Origin: Setoptus koraiensis
Lineage: Eukaryota > Animalia > Arthropoda
DNA length: 64,000 nt
Assembly: GCA_048013815.1 (NCBI GenBank)
Contig: CM106585.1
Span: 7,316,001-7,380,000, forward strand
Direction: 5' to 3'
Of the stretch, positions 53,283 to 62,640 are shown piece after piece; the first letter of the stretch is position 1, and the number at the start of each line of letters is the position of its first letter. The notes beneath the pieces were generated by a model that ran no database searches, was not told the origin of the DNA, and saw only the letters and a program-made list of their open reading frames with translations. The position numbers and the translations under genes are program-made.

Positions 53283-53420
53283 ACCACTAGCAGCAACCAC
53301 TAGCAGCAACCACTAGAAACAACCACTAGCAGCAACCACTAGCAACAACCAATAGCAACAACCACTGGCGACAACTAATAGCAGCCACCACACTAGCAGC
53401 AACTACACTAACAGCAAATA
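53283..53420. repeat. 13-bp degenerate tandem repeat (CCACTAGCAGCAA)
   Basis: Several near-perfect units followed by decayed units. Confidence 0.85.
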
Positions 53421-53541
53421 TCACAGCAGCCACTTCTTGTATCTTAATGTTGCGCGATTACACTGTAAGGCCTGTACACTCAACGATAGACGAAACGCGT
53501 TCGACGCCAAACATGCGGTCGACATGATATTAGCCAGATGC

Positions 53542-54487
53542 GGTTATAGTAGCGAACAGCGACCATGCCCAATTTGGGTATTTTGGGTATTTTTGGGTAG
53601 GGTATTGTACCCTGATACCCAAACAGGTATTCCGGAAGTGCGGAAATTCTTCGTTACCGAGATACCCGAGGTACCGCATACTGGGTATTTTAGGGTATTT
53701 GAAGGCATATTGAAGGTATAGTCGGCCGTACCCACCCGCTCGAACATCCGGTCAGATACTGAGGTCCTAACAACGGAGGTAGATCATTCCTAGAAGCCAC
53801 AGGAAACGAATAAAAGGGGTCAAACTGAAGAGGCGTGGCCAATGCGCGCGGAGTGAAACTGCGCCCGCAGATAGTGAGACCACCCACCGAGTCCTAGCAC
53901 TACTGAGGATAATGAAAGTTGAATAAAGGCTGAGCCCTAACTTTTTCGACGCTTTCGACCTCGCGGACCGCGCAGACCCAGAACTCCGCTCGTACTGACC
54001 CCTATTTCGATCTTTACCGACTCGGCCTTCGGCCTCGCGAGCTTGCCTCGCTTCGGGTTGAGGGCTTCGCCCTCAACCCTCGCTCGAACCGACAACCCCG
54101 GCCTTCGGCCGAGTAATTGTCACACACCCGAACACCATAAACAATGCGAATGCGTGATAAGCTGAGTGCGGCTCGTGAGACGTCAGATGTGACTCGAATT
54201 GCGTGACCGGAAGTTGGTCCAACAGTGAATGGTGGATATCTTCTGAGTGGATGATTATAGAGGTTGGATTGCAACTGCATGTTGAAGGTGACAACTGAAC
54301 CTATTCGAAAATACCAAAACTTTTAGTCTGAGACACTTCTGAGGCCCGGAAAATGCTTTTTCCCGTATCTCCGGAAGTAGAAATTTCCGCACTTCCGGAC
54401 CTTCAAAAATGTTCTTTGGGGCCGCTTCGCGGCCCTTGTGTGGAGTTTGAAGGAAATCGGGCTTGGTCGTTGTTCGCTACTACACCC
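53542..54487. mobile_element. Family B element copy B2 (~945 bp)
   Basis: TIRs GGTTATAGTAGCGAACAGCGACCATGCCC / GGGCTTGGTCGTTGTTCGCTACTACACCC. Colinear with B1, with a near-identical hairpin module at ~54006-54137. No TSD seen. Confidence 0.85.
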
Positions 54488-55223
54488 CTAGCCTTCTACT
54501 TTGCTAGATCCACCTAGTTTGCATTTCAGTCTTCTCTGTATCATTGTTTCCTAGTGATACTGCCTCCTAGCTGTTCCTCTGTTAAATTTAACAAACCAAC
54601 ATTTAAGCGTTCTATTGTACTAAATCTACCTAGTTTTCGTCTTTCTAGCTTCCCTAGTGCTAATTCCAGTTTGTAAACAGCTAGCATTCTCGGTTCTAAT
54701 TTTGACTAGTAAGCATCTAAGCTTCCACTGTATAATTGTTTTCCAATGACTCCGCCTCCTAGCTTTCACTGTACTAACAATCTAGGTAAATTTAGAACGA
54801 TGAAACCTACCAGATGCTTCCCGATGCCTTCCTTGTGCTAATTTCCCCTAGATAGAAAATTGCACTGATTTGTTCTACTCACGTGAATAAACGTATCCAT
54901 CATCACCACACGAATAGCTACGTAATTAAAATTAAGCGCTAAAAATACGAGCCCCGATTTCTTCGTCACTCGCCGTCTTGGTACATGATATTACGACACC
55001 ATGAACGCTGCCCGGGCCGAAAATATTGCAACGCCATTGCCACCGCCTGGGCCCTACGGTAGCGCAACAAGTAATATGGTGAGTTGCTATAAATTCAGCA
55101 GCACTTGGGGTCGCACCCCGTCATTCAACATCCAGTCGCCCAAGCAAACAGTTCGCATCCATTTAATTAAATTTTATCATCATTACAATCAACACAAGTA
55201 ATACTGATCAAATCAGTATTTCG

Positions 55224-55723
55224 NNNNNNNNNNNNNNNNNNNNNNNNNNNNNNNNNNNNNNNNNNNNNNNNNNNNNNNNNNNNNNNNNNNNNNNNNNNNN
55301 NNNNNNNNNNNNNNNNNNNNNNNNNNNNNNNNNNNNNNNNNNNNNNNNNNNNNNNNNNNNNNNNNNNNNNNNNNNNNNNNNNNNNNNNNNNNNNNNNNNN
55401 NNNNNNNNNNNNNNNNNNNNNNNNNNNNNNNNNNNNNNNNNNNNNNNNNNNNNNNNNNNNNNNNNNNNNNNNNNNNNNNNNNNNNNNNNNNNNNNNNNNN
55501 NNNNNNNNNNNNNNNNNNNNNNNNNNNNNNNNNNNNNNNNNNNNNNNNNNNNNNNNNNNNNNNNNNNNNNNNNNNNNNNNNNNNNNNNNNNNNNNNNNNN
55601 NNNNNNNNNNNNNNNNNNNNNNNNNNNNNNNNNNNNNNNNNNNNNNNNNNNNNNNNNNNNNNNNNNNNNNNNNNNNNNNNNNNNNNNNNNNNNNNNNNNN
55701 NNNNNNNNNNNNNNNNNNNNNNN
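55224..55723. other. Assembly gap (500 N)
   Basis: Run of N; the round size suggests a placeholder. Confidence 0.99.
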
Positions 55724-55780
55724 GTGACTAGCCACTTACTAACAAATCTCACCCTCTCTTCTTTATCATCACTGCTACAG

Positions 55781-55923
55781 GTACTGTGTTCATGCTCCGG
55801 CAGGGCGACATTAGTCTATTAGTGACCGTGGGCCGCATTCCAAAATTGAACATCACAGAGGAAATAATAGATCCAAAGTCAAACAAATTCCTATTCAAAA
55901 TGAATTCAGAGACCTCAGTCTGA
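55781..55923 (+). CDS. Vang: Last coding exon of Van Gogh/strabismus (planar cell polarity protein)
   Basis: After the acceptor CTACAG it reads GTVFMLRQGDISLLVTVGRIPKLNITEEIIDPKSNKFLFKMNSETSV*. This matches the conserved Vangl C-terminus (EEFVDPKSHKFVMRLQSETSV) with its ETSV PDZ-binding motif. Confidence 0.9.
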
Positions 55924-56226
55924 CCGGACTCTATCAATATCTAGGCTGTTTAATTTTTTGTTATCCAATTATTGTTATCCTAGACACGAATTAAAACCTA
56001 TCATACTCATTAGCTGACAAACTAAAGCTAAAAACTCAAGCCTCATGTACATAAACAGTTTGTGAGCATGCTCCAAGAAAGCCAAATAAACGCTTCAGCG
56101 AAAGAGAAAGAGAAAATCTTTCACCGTTATCTCACCTCGTCCTCCTGATTTCCGGCCAACGAATCTCGTTTGCTCACCCGTATAACTTCCATGCAATATT
56201 TATTGATGCGTAATTGTGGCAACCTA

Positions 56227-57270
56227 CTATCTCATGCCACCACTAACGTTAAACGTCTCGCCCGTTACGTAAGATGCTTCGTCGCTCAAGAGATAGGCAA
56301 CTATTCCGTCCAGTTCGTCTTCCTGTCCGAAGCGCTTCATCATCGTGGCATCTCCGATTTTTCCGAATCGAGGGTCATCTTTAAGAATTGAGCCAAATTT
56401 CGTCTCTAATGGCCCTGGAGCTATACAATTGACACGTATATTATCCTTGACACATTCCCTCGCTAGCACTCGGCTCAGAGTGATCAAGGCTGCTTTACTG
56501 CTTGCATAGGCTCCCAGATTTGCCAGGCCCAGATCCGCAGCCACGGTACTGATAAAAACAACTGAGCCCCCAGTGCCACTAGCCCCTTCCCTGTCGTTGT
56601 GCTCGCTGGTGTTCAATCGATCTTTGGCCCTTAGACCGGATTGTCTCAAATGAGGTAGTAGTAGTTGTACCAAGAAAACAACCGCCTTATAATTTGTATC
56701 AAAAATCTTGTCTATTTGCTTCTCTGTAATAGATTCTGTTGGACCTACATGCGGATTAACGGCCGCATTTGATACAAAACAATCAATTTGGCCATATTTC
56801 TGTATTGTGAAATCAACCAAATTTTTGCGATGTTCAGGATTGCCCACGTGACAAACTATTCCCGATACAGTGTTTTTTGCATTTATAGCTGATAATTGCG
56901 CTTGACAACTTTGCTCTATGTCTTTGACGGCTCGATCAACATTTTCCTGCTTTCTGCTACAAATAACGACGTTTGCACCCTCCAGATACAAGCGCTTCGC
57001 CATTGACCTGCCGACTCTGTGTGAGTGTGGAAAAGAACATTAGCGATTAGTTTGTATTATGAGGTGGCTGAATTAACTGCTGGTGCCCCAATACATAGCT
57101 ACTTACCCGTAGCTAGATGCTGTTACTATGGCGACTTTATCGTTAAATCTACGGGGCAAAGTTTTGATGGGACAAGTGTTGACGTTGCGACAAAATTTGC
57201 TGCCGCAATTGTACAGTTGCCCAAGCTGAGTATTCTTCAGAAGAGATTTTGCAATCGATGATGGAAGCAT
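56227..57270 (-). CDS. DHRS4: DHRS4-like short-chain dehydrogenase/reductase; exons 57270-57107 and 57016-56227
   Basis: KVAIVTASSYG|VGRSMAKRL is joined across a 90-nt GTAAGT..CACAG intron. Also VVICSRKQENVDRAV, CHVG, VSNAAVNP, the catalytic YASSK and NIRVNCIAPG. The start is uncertain (frame open to 57495). Confidence 0.88.
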
Positions 57271-59294
57271 CTTAGTGATCAACTCGATCTCTAGCAGTGA
57301 AAACTGTTTCCAGGTTGATATGAGATGCCCTTCTCTTTTCTTGTTCGTATAAGCTATAAAGGATTGTGAGAAAACCAAGATATTGTTTCCTGGGATAATC
57401 GAGATACGGATTCTCAAGGTCGACTCGGATTGAAATCGCATTTCAACTGAACTGCTAACAGTGACACTGACATATATCTTCATTGCATATGCCACCGTTT
57501 TGTCACAGCAGCGCGAAGGAGAGTAAAGGCGTTTTACACATTACATATTACATTACATGAGGTGATACAACAGACCGATAGATTATTTTGCAAGTTGAGC
57601 CTTTCTTGATACATGGGGTGGTCGCAAATAGAATCACATTTTTACTGAGCTTCCACGATGCATTTTTCAAGCAGGCGATTTCCACTTTCTGCGCAGTTTC
57701 TTATCGAAGACAACCGGAGACATCCCAAGACGCAACCACAAGTTGTTGCGCTCTGTCAAATGTATTGGCAAGACGATCGATTAGCAACCACCCCTTGACT
57801 AGACAGATTCCACTTCAACTCTTATCGGGATGCCCTTCTGGGTGAAACAAGGTCGGAGTGCACTGACACAACAAGAGGAAAGCGACAAACCATTTTGCAC
57901 GGTCCTACATGTATCTTGTACATTCTTATACAATGTTATACATTTTTATACAATGTATCATATGGAATCGCTTCTTTTCTTTATTTCTACATGCTTCTTT
58001 GACAGGTTAGTTATTAATTAACTATTGATTATTGGCATAATTAGTATCGGTAGCAGTTCACTCCATCACTTCAGGCAATCTTGTGGGTCGTGTCTGAGTC
58101 GTGCCGCAATTTGAATTTCGCATTCTCTTCTATCTGTTTGAGCGCTTAAATCCCCTTTCCCTAACAAGGTAATGAGGAGGATTGGACAGAGTGCCCAGAA
58201 AGAATTGAAGCAAAATAATTCAGGATACAAGGAAAAATAAAAGCGAGAAAGACCGTGCAAAATAGTTTGTCCTGCAGCGCATATTTGGTGCTCTGTCGAC
58301 AGGAGGTGTGAGGCAATGTGACACTTCCTCCTCTGTCAGTTTGAAGCGCCAACTTGTTGATTTTAACCCGTTTTCGCACAATTTTCCTTTTCAAATGATA
58401 TCATTGATTCGACTGATCTTATCATGAGTCTACCTCAAAGGGGTTATTGGTCGCAGTTTGAGTGAAAGCCATTATGGCGATTAATTGATGCATCATCATC
58501 AGTTGCAATGCTTTTTGCAAATATTTGAAACATACGTCACGCAACCAATATAGATTTGGCGACCAAAGTGTGTGGCTAGAATGAATATTGTCCAACACGT
58601 TTTTACAAAGAATGACTTTCTTGGATGGATATCAACCTGGATATCTAGCATATAGGGTGGCCCATAAAACATAGTGTGCTGCGCAATCGCACAGAGCGTC
58701 AGCGTATGTCGTGCCGAACAGCAGAGGAGTGCGGGTACGACGTGAATAAAAAGGTACCGCGAATGGGTAGCGGGACTTAGAATTTTACGATCTGATTGGA
58801 CGAATATCTTTAGCTGATACTAATTAAGGTACTGATACTAACGCGGTTACATGTACATGATTCTTGTGAACTAATCGGGTATTTTGTGTCCTCGTCTGCA
58901 TGGGATGATGTAGCAATATTTTCAACATCAATATATCGCATCATTGCATGAAATGGATGTAGGTAACGCACGTACTCACAAATAATATGTGACATATTAT
59001 ATGTGACATATAATGCGGATACTGGGTATGAGTGAGAATGGGCGTGGGCGGTCGGGTATCGGTCGCACAGGCATGACACGTGTGCTGCTTGTGCCAGCTC
59101 GGTTCCGTCCGTTAGAGCTAGCTTGGTGTGCCTGCTACTATTACAGTTTAACCGATGCTGTTCGTACTTGAGTATGAACTGTGCTCGCTAAGAATTATCC
59201 GTGCGAAATGGGCCCCTTGATCCTGCCACCTTAGGCAGGCTTGAGAAAGCTGCACGAAACAAATACGAGGTTTAATGGCCTAATTTAATCACAT

Positions 59295-59367
59295 GGGCAC
59301 GTGGCCTAATGGATAAGGCGTCTGACTTCGAATCAGAAGATTGCAGGTTCGAATCCTGCCGTGCTCG
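59295..59367 (+). tRNA. tRNA-Arg (anticodon TCG)
   Basis: 73-nt cloverleaf: acceptor stem GGGCACG/CGTGCTC, A box TGGCCTAATGG, anticodon arm CTGAC-TTCGAAT-CAG, B box GGTTCGAATCC, and a downstream T-run. Confidence 0.97.
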
Positions 59368-59680
59368 AATATTGCATTTATTTTTGCCAAAATTAATTAT
59401 CCTCACAATATCTAAACATTCATCTATTAGACTAATTTTGTAGCCAATTAAAGCCAATCCGGATGTTTTAACATGGATAGACTAGACGAAAAGCTTGAAA
59501 ATGAGAACGCTATATACACTTCTCGCGCGTCTAGCGGATTTTTACTGAACTTATTTATCCAATTCAATTTTGCCGCTGAAGAAACAAGTTAAAACATCAG
59601 AAACGTGATCGATATTTTGGCGTTCAGAATCATTCGCATCTGGATGTATTTTACCAAAACATTTATACTAATACTTCAAA

Positions 59681-60202
59681 ATGATAAAATTGTTCTCTAT
59701 TAAAAATCAAAAAAAGGATGAAGCAAGACCTGGCACGTCGAAGGCTTCTGCGGCACAATTAAGGGTTACAAAAGATATTAATGAGATGTCATTACCTAGG
59801 ACTTGTAAATTAGACTTTCCCGATCCCGATGATTTATTAAATTTTAAATTGATTATAATGCCAGATGAGGGCTACTATAAGACAGGGAGATTTACATTTA
59901 GTTTTAAAATATTGCCTACTTACCCACATGAGCCACCTAAAGTTAGATGCGAGACGCAAGTATATCACCCGAATATTGATAAAGAAGGAAATATATGTTT
60001 AAATATTCTAAGAGAAGATTGGAAGCCCGTATTAACTATTAACTCAATTGTATATGGATTGTTATATCTCTTTTTTGAGCCAAATCCAGAGGATCCACTA
60101 AATAAGGAAGCAGCGGAAACATTACAAAATAACAAAAGACTTTTTGAAGCTAGCGTTAAAAAATTCATTCAGACAAATAATGTGATGGGCAGTAATAAAT
60201 GA
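59681..60202 (+). CDS. UBE2M: NEDD8-conjugating enzyme Ubc12, intronless
   Basis: MIKLFSIK N-terminal docking peptide, [21 protein letters not shown], and the active site [32 protein letters not shown]. Confidence 0.96.
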   Translation: MIKLFSIKNQKKDEARPGTSKASAAQLRVTKDINEMSLPRTCKLDFPDPDDLLNFKLIIMPDEGYYKTGRFTFSFKILPTYPHEPPKVRCETQVYHPNIDKEGNICLNILREDWKPVLTINSIVYGLLYLFFEPNPEDPLNKEAAETLQNNKRLFEASVKKFIQTNNVMGSNK

Positions 60203-60259
60203 TTTTTTATTATTATTGTGGCCCAAGGGGGCATTTCAACACTACTGCAACTGCTAACA

Positions 60260-60835
60260 CTATTGGCGACGCTTTCTCACAGTATTATTCAATGATTTGT
60301 GCAAATCGACAGCTAGATATATTTCCATTGCATGAACTTGTAATGCAACCACCAAAAAGATGTACCAATACAAAGCAACAGGATAATCTCGCCATCTCTC
60401 TGATGTCTTGCTAGCATCGCGTGTATGTAGAAAAGTCCTAAAGTCGGGCAACCAAACATAAGCACAATATAATAATGGCAACAAACCAAATAGTGTGATA
60501 CCAGCCATGAACACTTTCAAACCAGTTCTGCTGTTATATTTGATTGCTCTAAATGAAACAAAGGCATATAAGACACTACTAAGCCAGATCCACTCCCACG
60601 GGGTGGCTGGCGGTATATAAAGAGCTTCTAGGTCCTCCCAAAATATGTCTAACATATCCAAGATAGTCGATGTTAATTTCATTAACATGATACAGGCAAC
60701 AAATATGTGTATAATGGTGAGAAATTTAAGCCTCTTCTTCGATAGGGCAGTATTCTGGTAATGAGGAAGTATTCTCTGTCTATGGGCAAAATCGGTGCCA
60801 TCTGTTCCTTTGACCGCAGGTCCACGCGACGACAT
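60260..60835 (-). CDS. JAGN1: Jagunal ER membrane protein, intronless
   Basis: MSSRGPAVKGTDGTDFAHRQRILPHYQ..KKRLK N-terminus, the WEWIWLSS motif and four hydrophobic segments. Confidence 0.92.
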   Translation of the reverse strand: MSSRGPAVKGTDGTDFAHRQRILPHYQNTALSKKRLKFLTIIHIFVACIMLMKLTSTILDMLDIFWEDLEALYIPPATPWEWIWLSSVLYAFVSFRAIKYNSRTGLKVFMAGITLFGLLPLLYCAYVWLPDFRTFLHTRDASKTSERWRDYPVALYWYIFLVVALQVHAMEIYLAVDLHKSLNNTVRKRRQ

Positions 60836-61499
60836 TTTTTACTATTTACCCTTTCTTGTGTTGCTAATCCTAGTAATTTGTATCAATTGATAGGGTAGTA
60901 TGAGTAAAATTTTGATGGTGTCAAGTTCCGTTGGCTGGGTGTAATCTCTATTTCTAGATCAAGCCTATCCGAATTTTTTTATTCCAGCCCAATTTTCGTA
61001 GGTGTGCTTATTTGGCACTATTCGATGGCGCACAACTTACGATATGTGCAAGCAGTTTGTTTGCTGCAGTCCTGCGGATTCGACCTTCAATGTGGCTGAT
61101 CGATATAACTGCAGATAGCAGGGCGCATCGAAGCTCAAAAAAGCCCATTTATTTCTGAGCACTAGGCGCATGGATGCTTATGTGCATGTGCGCATAGAGA
61201 GCAAGCTATGGCATTTATTCCACTTCAGTTTCACCATTTGACCGACAGCGGCTGTGTTGTGTTTCGCTCGGCGCAAGCGCCAAATTCGAAGTAAAACAGA
61301 TGATTCATCTGGGATGGTGTGAGGAATTGAAAAAGGAGACTTGCAGTTCCGAGATGTTGGCTAGATATTTATCCTCACGTTGTATTGACTTGTCGTGAGT
61401 ACCACTATAAATTGACTGACTGATCGCGGACGATTCCACAGATTTTTTCTCCCTCGGTGGGTGTCACACAGGATATTAGTTTCACCACAATCACTTTGG

Positions 61500-62640
61500 A
61501 TATGGAATCTCTAGTTTGGACAACATATCCGATAACAACTTATAGCTCTTATAAGTAGTCTCATCACTTTTGCGTTAAGGACGAGAGGACCAAACAAAAT
61601 ATTATTTATTTGACGACGATGTAGACGAAAAAAGAAATCAAAATCTAGCCTCGGCGAGCAACAGTAGCGAAATTAGCCAGCGATGACAACAAAGGCATCA
61701 CTCGTTATACCGGATGGACTAAACTTGGTTTGCTTCATCAGACTTAGAATCAATTCCGACCAGGAAACTAATGGCAAAATCCATATTCACACTTGAAATC
61801 TAACGCTTTCATGAAGACCGAAATAACCTGTGATGGCTACCAATCTGTGTAACTTCAGCATCACAGATTGGTAGCCATCACAGATAATTTTGGTCGTGTA
61901 ATCTTGCTCCATGTCACTAATTGTATCGCTGTGCGGATATAGAAAGGACATAGGTATGTGCTAGGTGTGCTGGGTTGAAGTGCCAAGGGAAGTCAACGAA
62001 ACTATGTGCCCACGAGCTCTTTTTTTGGTGATTTATGCTCCATAAAGAGACCTCATAGAAATATGGTTCACGCAGCGAGGTCCTCGTATGAGGCATTCAA
62101 AGTGGCAAAAGATTGTCTTCTACAACAATTACAAGATCCAATCGAACAAAATTACTCTAACAGTTGTTTTCTACTCAATCCAAATGTTAACACTTAATTC
62201 GTTTTAATAGAAAACTATTGTTGGAGTAACTTTGTTCAAGAAACAGCATTTAGTCCTTGAGCGTATCTATAAACTGAGAAAAATCTTAGTGGCAACTATA
62301 TTACATGGAGGTGCGTCTCTAGTTAGCGAACTAGGGGCCAATGAACAGTTCCAACAATTCCGGATCTGAGGATATTTACGGAAACTTACCGGGACATAGA
62401 TTCATAGAGTGGGCCATCTTAGCATAAGGAAAAATCCACCATTTTCATGTAATAACGTTCCATGTCTGGCGAAGCCGATAACCACTCAATATATTCCATG
62501 TCGACAATAGTGTCTTGAGTGACCTTTGAGAATGCATCGTGAGCAAGGGAGGATGAAATTGAACAGGCTCCAGGATCAATACATTATGTGACACTATCGT
62601 CTCCAGATAGTTTACTGCCAGTCATCATCTATATGAATTG
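61500..62640 (-). pseudogene. Possible decayed membrane-protein pseudogene
   Basis: Short protein-like frames broken by stops. A repeated DTIxDME motif and hydrophobic runs are present; no family was recognised. Confidence 0.2.
61816..61895. ncRNA. Candidate pre-miRNA-like hairpin
   Basis: Perfect 22-bp stem (61828-61849 / 61862-61883), 12-nt loop and an imperfect ~12-bp basal stem. There is no expression evidence. Confidence 0.35.

Larger units (their letters stand above)
52101..54942. mobile_element. Foldback-like element C2, an inverted relative of C1, containing B2
   Basis: About 65-bp TIRs (TTAGCGCTTAATTTTAATTA..GATGGATACGTTTATTCACGTGA) at 52101 and 54942. It carries inverted copies of the C1 internal modules, and a diverged arm at 54488-54890. 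Confidence 0.7.

Noticed and set aside
55208-55752. Two long ORFs
   Set aside because: They are artefacts of translating the N gap.
56651-56672. let-7 miRNA gene
   Set aside because: It has a 2-nt insertion relative to let-7, no complementary star arm nearby, and lies antisense within the DHRS4 CDS. Kept only as a possible target site.
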